A DNA stretch of 64,000 bases from an uncultured Planctomycetota bacterium (GTDB lineage Bacteria > Planctomycetota > Planctomycetia > Isosphaerales > Isosphaeraceae): positions 576,001 to 640,000 of the forward strand of contig CAWGMQ010000003.1 of the NCBI GenBank assembly GCA_963823665.1, given 5' to 3'. Positions 36,259 through 48,190 of the stretch are shown here, piece after piece. A model generated the notes under the pieces. It worked only from the letters and a program-made list of their open reading frames with translations, searched no databases and was not told where the DNA came from. Numbering within the stretch: position 1 is the first letter of the stretch; each line of letters begins with the position of its first letter. Made by a program: the position numbers and the translations under genes.

Positions 36259-39200
36259 TTAACGGGAGAATGGGTCGACGGGGAAAGCGGCGTCGAGAAG
36301 GAGCGATTCGGCCCCGACCACGCTCAGGTTGCGTGTGGCCATGACTGCCTCGATTGCCACATCGCGGGTCTCTTCGTCGGGGATGTCGGTTTTGAGACGC
36401 TCGAGCGCGCGATCGCAATCGATTCGAGCCTGGGCGTGCTGTCCCAGGTGATGGCGAGCGAGGGCGAGCAGAAAGGCGTCAGCGACCGACGCACGAGGCA
36501 AGGCGACGGCACGGTTCAGGACGGCGGCCGCTTTTGTCCAGTCGCCCTGGAGGCAATACGCTGCGCCGAGCCGGGATAGGCCATGGCGGGCGATATCGGT
36601 CTTGATCCTTTCGAGGCTGGGCGTGAACAGGGGGAACTGGCGGTTCGTGATCGAGAGCCGGAATCGACCGAGTGTATTATAGGGGTCTCCAGCGGTCCCT
36701 GAGTCGAGCTCCGCGCGCAATTTCTGGCCGCGGCCAATCTCGATTGGAACGTCTGGCTGGAAGACGGCCTGGTGATGCTGACCGAGGTGCGGGTAGATTG
36801 ACCACATGGTTCCAGGGTCTGCGCCCTTGGCGTGCTTTAGCCCAAATTCCGAGTCTGAAAAGTCGGATCGCGCGCGGGTGAGCTGGACCGCGATGCCCTG
36901 GGACGCTCGAGGAAAGGCGGTCAAGCGAACGGCGGTCAACCGGAAAGTGCCTCGAATGGCGCCGCGGCCGGGGCCGCGGTGCGGGAATCGATGGTCGGGG
37001 ATGACCTCGAGCCGGATCGCGGTGATCCGGGAGAGATCGGATACCGCGTCGACGGAGTAGGTCTCGAAAGTCGAGAGCGGGCCGGCGGCCAGGAGCGAGC
37101 CGTCGGGCAAGAGGGAGAGGGTAGCGCCGGCGGCGGACGTCATCGCGGCGGGCTGGAGGACGGTCCAGCCGGGTGATGTGTCGGGATCTGGCATCAGGTC
37201 CGCCAGCGCGGCGGCGACCGACCCGTCGTCGGGTGTGTTCGAGAGCCGCTCCTGGAGCAAGGTCTCTGCCTTTGATCGGGCCAGAACCAACTCGTCGGCA
37301 AGGGCTGTGTGTTCGAGTAGCCGAGCGAGCTCGATCCAGCGCGAGACGTCGTCGGGGAGGAGGCTCATGGCGTGGGCCATGGCATCCCGCGCCTGAGAAT
37401 GGTCGCCGCTGTGCGCGAGTGATAGCGCGTGCTCGACCCAGGGGGAGGCGTTCAGGCTTTTGATGCCGCGCGCGCGTGTAGGCGGCCTGGGCGGCGGGGT
37501 CGTCACCCGTCAAGGCGAGGGCGCGGCCGCGGCGAAGCCAGCCTGCCACGTCGCGGGCATCGGGCTCAGAGGCCATGTCTGCCCGTGGGCCTGACTCCCA
37601 GACGTTCAATCGCCCGACGACGCCGTAGTTGGCAACGATCCGCGAGCCGTCGGGGTTGAATGCAGCGCGGGGTGTGTAGCCGAGGGCGCCAATCGGGCTG
37701 CCGAAGCCGCGGAGGACGAGCAGCTCATCGCCGGTGCGGGCGTCGGCCAGGTGGACATTGCCGTCGAAACCCAGTGATGCAAGACGTTTCCCGTCAGGGC
37801 TGAACCCGACGAAGCTTACGTCCTCGGGCGCCGGACTGGTGATGAGAGTGTCCGAAGCGAGGTCCCAGAGATGGACCTTCTCGGTCCCGACATCGGCGAT
37901 GGCGACGCTACCGCCATCGGGGTGGAAGGCCACGAATCTGACTGAGCCGAGCTGATTGCGCTTCGCGTGCACGACCCCGGTCTGGGCATCCCAGACCGTC
38001 ACCGAGGCGGAGGCTTCGGCCGACGGTGAGCTTCCCGCTGCAAGGTGTTTGCCGTCGCTGCTGTAAGCGAGGGCGGCGACCAGATCCGGGTCGGCCGTCA
38101 TGGATCGAAGCTTCTGGGCTCGGTGGATTTGCCAGAGGGTTACGAGCCACTGAGCATTCTGCGGGTCGAGCGCGGCTGTTGAGAGCGTCTGGCCATCGGG
38201 CGAGAACGCGACGGCCGTGACCGACCCTCCTGGCCCCGGCAAGCGGGCGACCAATCGTCGGGGTGAGAGATCCCACACGCCGACGATGCTTCGGTCTTCC
38301 CGAAGGGGTGCCGCGAGGCGCGAGGCGCCGCGCTCAATGCGAAGTCGCCACGTGGCCAGGCACGGTGATTGGTCACGGACGGGGCGAGATCGGATCGGAC
38401 AGAGCCATCGATGGGGTCCAGGTAAACCAGCCGGGGTGGGGATTGCCATGCGATCTCAAGGACGCGGACGCCGTCGCGGTCGAAGGCCAGCGTGCCGATC
38501 TGATCGAAGCCTCCAACGATCCTGCTGCGGCCGCGTGGATCGCGGGCGGGGTCAAAGACCTTCACCCCTTTCACGCCCCAACTGCCCGAGAAAAGCCGAC
38601 GGCCGTCGGCGCTGAAGGCGAGAGCGCTCGACTCTTTAGCGCGGTTGAAGAAGGTGGCACGCTCCGCGCCATCGGCCGCGTCGAAGACACGCACCAATGG
38701 CATCCTTCCGCCTGCCGCGAGCAGGGTACCGTCCGGGCTCAAGGCGACCGACTTCACCTGAGCTACCCCGGCCGATATTCGGAGCACCCGATCGAGGGTG
38801 TTTGAATCCCAGACCCATAATTCCTCGATTTCCTTGTTCGACTCGTCCTGGCGCAAGATGCCGGCCAGCCGCCGACCATCGGGAAACCAGAACGGCGACT
38901 CGACGAAGCCCGGCCGTCTCAACACCGGCTCGCCTGGGCGGTCGAGATTGGGATCCCACGGTCGGATCTCCAGGCCGGACGCGCCGGCGAACGCGATCCG
39001 GGTGCCGTCCGGGCTCCACGCCAGCCATCGGGCGTCGTGAGGGATGGAGGCAGTCTGGCGGCCGGTCTCGGGGTCCCAGAAGCCCGCGCGCCCTTGGCCC
39101 AGTGCAGTGGCGAGACGCCGGCCGTCTGGGCTCCATTGCAAACCGGCGTAGTATACCTTCATGACCAAGTCGTACGGAGATGCGGTACCGGAGGCGACAA

Positions 39201-41244
39201 GCCGACCAGTGGGCACGTCCCACACCCGGAATGTTCCCTCAGCCCCGAGTGTCGCCAGGCGCCTGGCGTCGGGGCGGAACGCAACCGCGAGCACGAACGA
39301 TTTATGGCCGGGCAGCTCGTGCAGGACCTTACCGTCGGCAAGATCGATCAGATATGCTGAAACGGCAGGGCGCTTCGGGGTCCCGAGGACGTAGGGCGAG
39401 GAGCAGCCCACTGCCAGGAGGCGGCCGTCGGGGCTGACAGCGATGGAGTGGTTCTCGTCGGTGGTCGGCACCTGGATGGTTTTCAGCTCGGGGCTGCACC
39501 ACTGGTCGAGGTAGAACCACTCCCAGCCGCGGCGATCAGGCTCGCCCGGCCGCGGGCGGTACTGGTCGAGCAGGCCACGCGCGGTGGCGACGTCGAAGAG
39601 GCGGAGAGCGCTCTCGGCCTGGCCGATGCGGGCGATGTAAAGGTGATGCTCGGCTCGGTCGGCGTGGCGAACGACCTCGGTTCGGCCGGCATCGGCCCGT
39701 TTCTCCGCTGCCTGGGCAGCAAGCTTTTCGCGCTCGCTGGCCCGGGCGAGCAATGCCATCTGTTCGGCCACGAGCACCGAGGCGATCGTTGCTCCGACCA
39801 GCGTCGCCGTGAGGACAGCCCCGAGGACGGCGATGACCGGGTTGCGCCGCGCCAGCGCAGGTACTGCTCGGCAGCCCCGACACGCCGCGCGTGGACGGGC
39901 TCGTCGCGGAGGAAGCGCTGGAGGTCGTCGGCCAGTAGGGCGGCCGTCTGGTAGCGGCGCGCCGGGCTGCGCTCGATGGCCTTGTGGATGATGGTCACGA
40001 GGTCTCGGGGGATCGCGCGATTCAACCGGTCGAGTCGACGAGGCTCAGCGGTGGTGACCTGACGGATCAGGCGCTGGCGGTCGGTTTCGTCGTAGGCGGG
40101 CTGGAGGGCGAGGAGCTCGGTAAAGCGCCAGCCCGAGCGCACAGACCTCGCTCCGGGCGTCGTGCTGGCCGCTAAATGCCTCCGGAGCCAGGTAGCGGAG
40201 GGTGCCGACCACATCGCCGGTGGCAGTCAGGTTCTCCTGGCCGGCGGACTTGGCCAGTCCGAAATCGGTGATCCAGACGTTGCCGTGCAGGTCCAGGAGG
40301 AGGTTGGCGGGCTTGATGTCGCGGTGCAAAACGCCCTGCTGATGGGCGTACTCAAGCCCTGCCGCGGCCTGCGCGCCGATGTGGGCGACGCTGTGCCAGT
40401 AGGTTGACCGGCGCGATGAACTGACCGAGTCGGTCTGACCCGGGAGAGCATCCGTGGAGGCCGACAATTCGTAGCTATCGGACAGGCGACCGGCATGAGC
40501 AGCGGATCCCGAGTGAGCGCCTGGTGTGTCCCGACGCAGGAGCTGGTGGTCGGCAATGGTGAGGTCGGCGCGAACGGCCGGCCGGAATTCGCCCGACAGG
40601 AGTGATTCGGCAACCTTGGTGGCCGAGGCGCGGCGGGGAGAGACCTGGAGTTTGTGTTCGCGGGTGATCGAGGACCTGGGGCCGGTCCCTCGGGGATGAA
40701 TGCGTTTGAGCTCGTCGAGAACTTGATCGAGGCCGAGGCCCGGGATGAACTGCATGACATAGTAGTTCAGGCCGTTTTCTTCGCCGACGCCGAAGACGGG
40801 GACGATGTTGGTGTGGTGCAGCCGTGCGGCTGCCCTGGCCTCGCGCTCGAAGCGCTTCTGCTGGCGGCTGTCAAAAAGGAACTGCTGCGGCAGGACCTTG
40901 AGGGCGACGTGGCGGCCGAGCGAGATTTGTTCGGCCTCGTAGACCACGCCCATCCCGCCACGGCCGATCTCACTCAGAATCCGGTAGTCGCCCAGGCGCT
41001 CGGGAAGGTCGATTTGCCGGCAGCGCAGGGAGACCCCGGCGGGAGCGAGCGATCCCGCCTCGCTCTCGGGAGCGATTTGCTCCATCATCACCAGCGCGGG
41101 AAAGAGGTCGCGGATCTCGTCGGCGTGTTCGGGGTAGCGGGCGATGAATTCGCTCAGAGGAGGCCGCTCGCCGCGGCGATAACGCTCGACGAATTCCTCG
41201 GCGAGTGCTTCCACGGTCTGGCGTTTGGGGGTGATTGAATCCAT
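36259..41244 (-). CDS. Ser/Thr protein kinase with TM, WD40 propellers and TPR tail; ~4 frameshifts (near 40130, 39850, 38335, 37480)
   Basis: IGRGGMGVVY, VALK, HRDIKPANLL, DFGLAK, GTLRYLAPE. RRGWEW linker, many (F/W)SPDG WD40 repeats, TPR helices across consecutive minus-strand ORFs. Confidence 0.88.
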
Positions 41245-41283
41245 GGTGCAAGCTTGGTGAGGCAGGGAGGGAACCAGCGGCGC

Positions 41284-41915
41284 TCAAGGCTCAATCAGTC
41301 CGGGGATGTGTTTCACCTCATCCTTCAAACGCTTCAGTGCGCGCAGGTAACGACTGCTGGCTGTGGACTCGTTGATCTGGAGTGTAGCAGCGACCTCGGC
41401 GTTGTTCAATTGCTCGAAATGGCGCAGGGCGAGAACCTCACGATCGATCGGGTCCATGCCGTTTAGCGCATCCTGGACGCGGAGCCGAGCCTCGGCCTTG
41501 ATGGCGGCCTGGGAGGGCGAGGTCAAGCGGCCGAGAAGCTGGGCGGCGAGCGAAGCCGAGCTGGCCGCAGGCATGGCGCCACGGTGCAGGGAGACCTCCT
41601 GGGCGGCGTCGCGTAACTTCGCCCCCAGGTGGCGGCGGTGCGCGTCGATCAGCTTCTGGCCGGTCAGGTGCCGGAGCCAGAGAAAGAACGGCAGCGGCTT
41701 GTCGCGGAGAAATTCGGGGAGCCGCCTGGCGGCCTCGAGGCAGGCTTCCTGAAGAATGTCGGAATCGTCGAGGCGGCCCTGGAGGTGGCGGCTCAAGCGG
41801 AGCCGGACCATCTTCTTGAGCCGCCCGCGGTAGCGCGAAAGAGCTCGGTCAGCGCGGCAGTGTCACCGCCGGCGGCTTGATCGAGCAGATCATTCAAGTC
41901 TACGGGGTCAGCCAT
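41284..41915 (-). CDS. ECF sigma-70 factor (planctomycete kinase-associated type); frameshift near 41840
   Basis: MADPVDLNDLLDQAAGGDTAALTELF..RYRGRLKKMVRLRL..LDDSDILQEA, TSPSQAA, region 4 DREVLALRHFEQLNNAEVA..RYLRALKRLK. Confidence 0.9.
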
Positions 41916-42062
41916 GAGCGCAATCCTCTCCTCTAGAGTATCATGCGCAGAGAAGGGGCCATTCAGCGCAGGTTATTCCGAAAAATGGTGCAACGGCCCG
42001 TCGTTCTTTAAAGAGGGGCTTTGGAGACAACTCAAAACTCTCTCGGTTAAAGGCTTCTTCCA

Positions 42063-42605
42063 ATGGCGCGACCAGTGCAGTTGTCAATCACTCTCGCGGC
42101 TATCTCGATCCTGGATTTCGCGATCTTTTCGGACACGCTATTTGCGCAGCAAAAGGTCGATCCTGCGAGCGCGGCTCAGGCCGACATCCCATCCAGAAAC
42201 GTGGCCGATCCACATGCGCTTGAGGAGCAACTCAAATCGGTCGCGAGCAAGGTTACGCCCTGCGCCGTTGCGGTCGGGGGGGCCGGCTCGGGGGCTCTGG
42301 GGTCATTGTTTCCGCTGACGGCTTGGTCCTGACTCAGAGTCACTGCGCCCCTGACGCAACGGTCACAATAGGCCTCCCGGGCGGAAACGAGGAAATTGCG
42401 GACGTTGTCGGCCGTGATGAGGTGTACGATCTGGGCTTATTGAAATTGCGGAAGCCAGCTCCATACCCCCATGTCGACTTTGCTGAAACCATGCCGAAAC
42501 TGGAGAGCTGGATTGTTACAGCGGGTTACCCGTATCCGTTGGGATACCAGAAAGGCCGGCCGCCGGAAGTGCGGCTTGGCAAGCTTCTCTATAGTTCCGA
42601 TCTTC
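42063..42605 (+). pseudogene. Truncated trypsin-like (S1C) serine protease
   Basis: Signal-like N-terminus, then GSG..VS.DG.VLTQSHC (His), DLGLLKL (Asp), WIVTAGYP, EVRLGKL. The catalytic Ser motif (GDSGG) is absent and unrelated sequence follows. Confidence 0.65.
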
Positions 42606-42609
42606 GACG

Positions 42610-42730
42610 TTCGGGATTACCATGCACGTCATCGTATCGCCTTCCTGGGGCCCAAGCGCCTCACCGAGATTACGGTCCCCCGTGTGAGCGCCTATGTTGC
42701 CTCCGCGCGGGCGGAGGTCCGTCGCCATCG
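42610..42730 (+). pseudogene. Fragment resembling the core-binding (SAM-like) region of a tyrosine integrase
   Basis: RDYHARHRIAFLGPKRLTEITVPRVSAYVASARAE resembles the H.LxxFG..xL.EIT...V..Y...R pattern. Confidence 0.45.
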
Positions 42731-42749
42731 CCGTGGCCGATGCATTCCT

Positions 42750-42916
42750 GCAAGCACCATCAGAAAGGATACATTGATTTCTGGCTGAAGTTTATCGGGG
42801 TCGAGCAGGTCCAAACGCTGGTCGTGGAAGGCACGACGTGGCCAGGGAAAAAGCAGAGGGAAGAGAGCATCGCGCGTGGTCTGGAGGAGGCAAGAAGGTT
42901 GGCGGGAGATTTCTGA
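42750..42916 (+). pseudogene. C-terminal fragment of FMN-dependent azoreductase (AzoR/AcpD, flavodoxin-2 fold)
   Basis: HQKGYIDFWLKFIGVEQVQTLVVEGT..EESIARGLEEARRLAGDF*. Confidence 0.6.
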
Positions 42917-43379
42917 TTTTGCAGCAGACCAGGCCTTACGTAATTCGACCGCCGCGCCAGTCGCGCCGCATCAACCGCGCCACGGAGGAAGTGTTAGATG
43001 ACGCATGAACAGAACGCCCGCATCGCACAGGCCGTTCAGATGCTCACGGCGCAGCTCTGGCTCGAGGGTGTTGAAGTTTGGACCTTCAATTGGTGCGGAC
43101 CGACAGCGCATCGCATAGCTCGGCGGCGGCGGCCAATGCCGCTCATGACGCTTGGGGGATGACCCACTGCCGTGGGACCGAGCAACAAGAACTAGCACCC
43201 GAGTGTTGAAAAGGCGATGCCTAGCGCTTGGGTGCTCCCCATGGGACCTCGGACTTGACCACGGGTTGGCATCGATGGTTCATCAGACCCCCCCTAGCGG
43301 AGCGGACCTAGATAGATTTCCTTGGAACAGACCGAATTTGCTTAGGAAGCGGGGGATCCTCGCGCCCCCAAGTTCGTTC

Positions 43380-44769
43380 GACGCTGGAGAATGGCGCTTG
43401 GTCTTTGAATCCACCGCGCCGTTCCATGCGGTCCCCGACGTTCTCGCGGGCGACGAGTCGGTCCGACTGGTCGGCGGCGCGCTCGAGGTCCACTCCCCGC
43501 CGAGTCATCGCTGGGTCGCGTTGCGGGGCGTCACAGGCGCTGGGACCGAGGTTCGCGCCACTTTCGGGTACCCGAAGTGGACCCACTCGGTCCGGCTCGG
43601 GTTCGTCCTGTGTGTAGGAAACACTCAGCAGCCGAGTTACCAATTCGTGGTCGGCCGATTCGGGATGGACGTGGCGCGGACGTTCGAGGAAGCACGAGAT
43701 AAGGACGAGTTCGTGGCAGCACGGATCGTCCGCAATGGAGTGGTCGTCCGCGAGCACCGATGGCGAGCGTCCGCGCTCCCGGCCGGGCCGCTGGAGATGA
43801 CAGTCACCCGTCTGGCCGACGACCTCGCTCTGCAGGTGGCCTGCCTTCAACCCTGCCTAGAGCTGATCGATCTCATGCCCCTGGTTCGGTCGAGCGATCC
43901 GGCGGAGCTTGCGCTCGACTGGCCAGAGGGTGTGGCCTTAACGGGTCTTCGAGTCCGTGACAGGCCCGTGTCTCACGGCCGCAGTCCTTTGGAACGTGGC
44001 GATGGCCTTTACAACGCGAATGCCTTTCGTGACGCGGCCGAGTTCTATGGTAAGCACGCGTCAGGCGACGTTGCCGTCGCCTCGGAGGCAGGATACAAAA
44101 AGGCACTTTGCCTGACCCACACGCGTCGCCCGAAAGTTCGTGAGGCGGCGGCTCTATTTGCGTCTGTCGCACGGGAGTGTTCAGGCGCTCCCATCGGCGA
44201 CCCACGCCGAAAGTGGTGCGTGCCGGCGGCATTCCAGGCTTGGCGAATCGTCCACGCCAAAGACATCGAAATCCCCGGCGCCGATGCGCTCGAAGCGATC
44301 CTGACCTCGGGTCCGCGCGACGACCCGGACGACGATGTCCTGCTTCCGTCGCTGACCCAAAGCGAACTCGACGATTTCATAAAATACTTCGCACCCTACG
44401 CGTTCTCGACCAGCCCATATCACTTGCTGAAGCACGAACATCAACGGATCGGCCTTCTGGAACAAGCGATCCGCACAATGGACCGTCTGGATCCGACTGG
44501 TGCCTCCTCCGTTGGTCCCCCGACAAGAATTGCTCCGCGCCCATCTTTCGGCGCGAAACTACGCCCGGGCCGAACAGTTGGCAGACGAACTGCTTCGGAC
44601 GCCGCTCGACCAGGACTGGAGGCTGACGATTACTCGCGACGCCGTTTGGCTCGCGATCGAGCAGGCACGGCAGGCCGACATCCTCCCCGACACCGCCCGT
44701 CACGCCCTCCGGATAGCGCAGAGGACGTTCCGTTTCTCTCCGACGGTCATGAGTTGCGTCGGGGATTGA
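43380..44769 (+). pseudogene. Fragment of a beta-sandwich plus TPR protein (like the C-terminal part of planctomycete kinases)
   Basis: Beta-rich stretch, then SPLERGDGLYNANAFRDAAEFY..EAGYKKALCL (TPR-like). No clear start, frameshift near 44510, ends at the tmRNA-like fragment. Confidence 0.45.
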
Positions 44770-44797
44770 TGGCGACGGGAAACCAACCCGCGTCCCG
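44766..44797 (-). repeat. Second, degenerate tmRNA 3'-end copy
   Basis: GGCGACGGGAAACCAACCCGCGTCCCG versus GGCGGCGGGAATTGCACCCGCGTCCCG (22/27 identical), 77 bp apart. Confidence 0.6.
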
Positions 44798-44842
44798 CGT
44801 ATGCGTAAATCTTTGCAATAAAACGATTTATAATATAAAGAT

Positions 44843-44904
44843 TGGAGGCGGCGGGAATTGCACCCGCGTCCCGAGTAGCATAAACGACGGCCTCTGCGTG
44901 CGAA
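44843..44904 (-). ncRNA. ssrA: 3'-terminal fragment of tmRNA (att-site duplicate, not a full gene)
   Basis: Reverse complement ..CACGCAGAGGCCGTCGTTTATGCTACTCGGGACGCGGGTGCAATTCCCGCCGCCTCCA has the T-arm and acceptor strand of the tmRNA tRNA-like domain. No 5' GGGG..GATTCGAC end or tag frame is seen nearby. Confidence 0.75.
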
Positions 44905-45320
44905 GGCGATGATTTGTGAGAACGGCGCCGGAAGTGAGAGGGGCGGGCGGCGCTGGAATAGGGACTGGGAGAAGCGAAAAAGCGCCACGATCGCTGAGTA
45001 CACGGTGGGGAGCTCGAGGTCGTGGGCAACAAGACTTCGGTTGCAGATCGCATGGGCCGAGCGGTGGATTTCGCAGCGGGGACTCGAACGGCTGTTGACT
45101 GCGACACCTGGGTCGGGCCAACCAGCCGAGGTTTTGTAGTCCGGCACTGTTGCGGTTGGGCTCGAAAAGGACTTGATCGAGCATGCCGCCACGTGCCGGA
45201 GCCTGGCGGCGTTTCGCAAGAAGCTCACGTCTTGAGGCGCTTGTCGGCTCGGCGGAGATCGTCTCCGAGTACCAGATGCTCAGTCACCCATGCCGGCAGG
45301 GTCGCGCCTGGCCGCGTGCG

Positions 45321-47163
45321 TCAATTGGTCCGGCCGTCGAGGGCCCGGTCGAGGTTGAAGGCAGCGCTGATCAGGGCCAGGTGCGTGAAGGCCTGCGGGA
45401 AGTTGCCCAGGGCCTCGCCGCTCGGCCCGGTCTGCTCGGCGTACAGTCCGAGGTGGTTGCCGTATCCCAGCATCTGCTCGAACAACAGGCGGGCCTCCTC
45501 CAGGCGGCGTGGGTCGGTGCGCCCGGCCCGGGTCAGTGCCTCCACCAGCCAGAAGCTGCACATGTTGAACGTCCCCTCCACGCCCGGCAGCCCGTCCGGC
45601 GCGGCCTTGGGGTCGTAGCGGTAGACCAGCCCGTCGGCGGCCAGCCCGCCCCGTGCGGCCGGCGTGCGGATCGCGTCCACCGTGGCCAGCATGCGCGGGT
45701 CGTTGGGGGCTGTGAAGAAGGTCAGCGGCATGAGCAGGGCGGAGGCGTCCAGGGCGTCGGAGCCGTATGACTGCACGAACGACCCCCGCGCCTCGCTCCA
45801 CCCCTTCGCCATCACCTCCTCGTAGACCGCGTCGCGGGCCTTGAGCCAGGTGGCCCGGTCGGCCGGGAAGGAACGCTTGTCCGCCAGTCGCAGTCCGCGG
45901 TCCAGCGCCACCCAGCACATGAACTTCGAGTAGACGAAGTGCTGCCGCCCGCCGCGCACCTCCCAGACGCCCTCGTCCGGGCGGCTCCCAGTTGTGGGCC
46001 ACCCAATCGACCAGGTCGCGGAGGCGCCTCCAGCCGTCGTAGCCGATCGGGTCGACATACTTGTTGAAGAGGTAGGCCGCGTCCAGCAGCTCGCCGTAGA
46101 TGTCAAGCTGAAGCTGCCTGTGGGCGGCGTTGCCGATCCGGACCGGCCTCGACCCCATGTAACCGTCGAGGTGCGGCAACTCCGCTTCGGCGAGGTCGGA
46201 CCGGCCGTCGATCGCGTACATGAGTTGCAGCGGCCCATCGCCGTGTGAGTCGCGCTCCTTGTAGCGAGCGGCCAGCCAGTCCCGGAATCGGGCCGCCTCC
46301 TCGGTGAACCCGATCCGCAGCAACGCGTACACCGTGAAGGCGGCGTCGCGGATCCAGGTGTAGCGGTAATCCCAGTTCCGCACCCCGCCGACCCCCTCCG
46401 GCAGGCTGGTGGTCGGGGCGGCGACGATCGCCCCGGTTGGCTGGTAGGTGAGCAGTTTTAGCGCCAGGGCCGAGCGCAGGACCGTCTCGCGCCACCGGCC
46501 CCGGTAGGTACAGCGGGCCGCCCATCGCTGCCAGTAGGCGACCGTGTCGCGGAACCAGTGCTCGGCCTCGCCGGTCCCGGGACACCGGCCGGGGTGGTCA
46601 TCCGGGGCGATCACCCGCAGGACGAACGTGGCGCTCTGGCCCTCGCCGAGGGGGAACGCGGCCACCGCCCCGCCGCCGTCCTGCCGGAGGGGGACCGACG
46701 AGGCCAACCCGAGGGACAGGCCCGCGCCGTCGAAGCGGGCGCCCTGCGCACTCACGGTAGTGGCGTGCCGCGACCGGGCGTAGTCGAACGCCGGGCGGCA
46801 CTCGACCTCCAGCGGCAGTTGCCCCCGGACCACCCGCACCCGGCGGACGAGCTGGGCATCCGGCCCGGCCCCGGGCTCGACCGGCATGTAGTCCTCGACC
46901 TCGGCGATGCCGTCGGGGTGCAGGAAGCGGGTGACCAGAACGTTGGTTTCCGGCCAGTAGTATTGCTTGTGGCGGAGATTGCCCGTCGCGGCCGGGGCAA
47001 TCCGGAACCGCCCCCCCTGCTCCGCATCGAGGATCGCGCCGAACACGCTGGGCGAGTCGAAGTGCGGCAGGCACAGCCAATCGACCGACCCGTCCAGGCT
47101 AATCAAGGCGGCGGTGTGCATGTTCCCGACGATGCCGTGGTTCTCGATCGGTTGGTAGCGCAT
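45321..47163 (-). CDS. Glycoside hydrolase family 15 (glucoamylase/trehalase-like); frameshift near 45985
   Basis: [75 protein letters not shown]. Confidence 0.93.
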
Positions 47164-47178
47164 CGGCGTCGGCTCCCG

Positions 47179-47907
47179 TTACCAGCGGCCAAAATGGGCA
47201 CCGCCATCGACGTACAGGATGTGACCCGTAACCGTTGTGGCGTCGGTGAGGTACATGACAGCCTCCGCGATTTCCTTGACCGTCGAAGGCTGACCCATCG
47301 GAGACAGGCTCTCCATCACGTCCTTCGGAGTGTTCAGGTGAAGCGGTGTATAGACGACGCCGGGCGCGACCGCGTTGACGCGGATGCCGTCTTTGGCGTA
47401 CTCCATCGCCAGGTGCTGAGTGATCGTTTCCAGACCGCCCTTGGTGATCATCGGCACCGCTGCCGTCAAGGCCCGGTTGGGGTTGTGCGCCAGGGCCGCC
47501 GTGATCGTGACGATGCTCCCGCCGGTCCCCTGAGCCAACATTTGCTTGATGGCGAGTTGGGTGACGTACAGGAAGCCCTCGAGGTTCGTCGAGACGAGCG
47601 ACCTGAAGTCCTCGGCCGTGTAGTCCATGAACGGTTTGGTGAAGAAGATGCCGGCGTTATTGACCAGCACGTCGATCGAGTGGAAGTGAGCCAGTGCAGT
47701 CTGGACGAGTCGGGCGGCGGTTGCCGGCTCGCCGATGTCGCCGTCCACCAGGACGACCTGGTTGGAGGCGGCGACCTCGGCGGATTGGGTTATCTTCCGG
47801 GAATTGGCGACGACGTTGAAACCGCGCTCGACGAACGCTTTGACGATGCCCGCGCCGATGCCCTGCGAGGCTCCCGTCACAATGGCTGTCCTCTGCTGGA
47901 TGCTCAT
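47179..47907 (-). CDS. Short-chain dehydrogenase/reductase
   Basis: TGASQGIG, LVNNAG, IRVNAVAPG, VDGG. 242 aa. Confidence 0.93.
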   Translation of the reverse strand: MSIQQRTAIVTGASQGIGAGIVKAFVERGFNVVANSRKITQSAEVAASNQVVLVDGDIGEPATAARLVQTALAHFHSIDVLVNNAGIFFTKPFMDYTAEDFRSLVSTNLEGFLYVTQLAIKQMLAQGTGGSIVTITAALAHNPNRALTAAVPMITKGGLETITQHLAMEYAKDGIRVNAVAPGVVYTPLHLNTPKDVMESLSPMGQPSTVKEIAEAVMYLTDATTVTGHILYVDGGAHFGRW

Positions 47908-48074
47908 GGTTGCTTACCTCGAAACGGCCCTTTCCCTCGAAGAATCCGATGCACAGGCATCCGCTTCGAGAGCCGGCTTGCCGTCTTCACGACCAGGTAC
48001 GGGCACGTCGTCGACGATCAGGATGACGCCAATCATAGTTGCGCACCGCGCCCCGGGGAACTCAGTTGTCCGGT

Positions 48075-48190
48075 CTACCCCGGCGGGGGACCGAACATTT
48101 CGACGCCGTACTCCCTGGCCAGGGCGACGACCTGGTCTAGATCGGGCCGCCCCTGCCAGACCAGTTCATCCACTTCCACGCCCGACCTGC
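48075..48190 (-). pseudogene. Possible C-terminal remnant of a cupin-like protein
   Basis: ..PDLDQVVALAREYGVEMFGPPPG* resembles cupin-2 protein tails. No convincing upstream part. Confidence 0.35.

Noticed and set aside
44843..45250. Complete tmRNA or tRNA gene
   Set aside because: Only the 3' ~60 nt fit. No matching 5' acceptor strand, D/anticodon arms or tag-peptide frame is visible.
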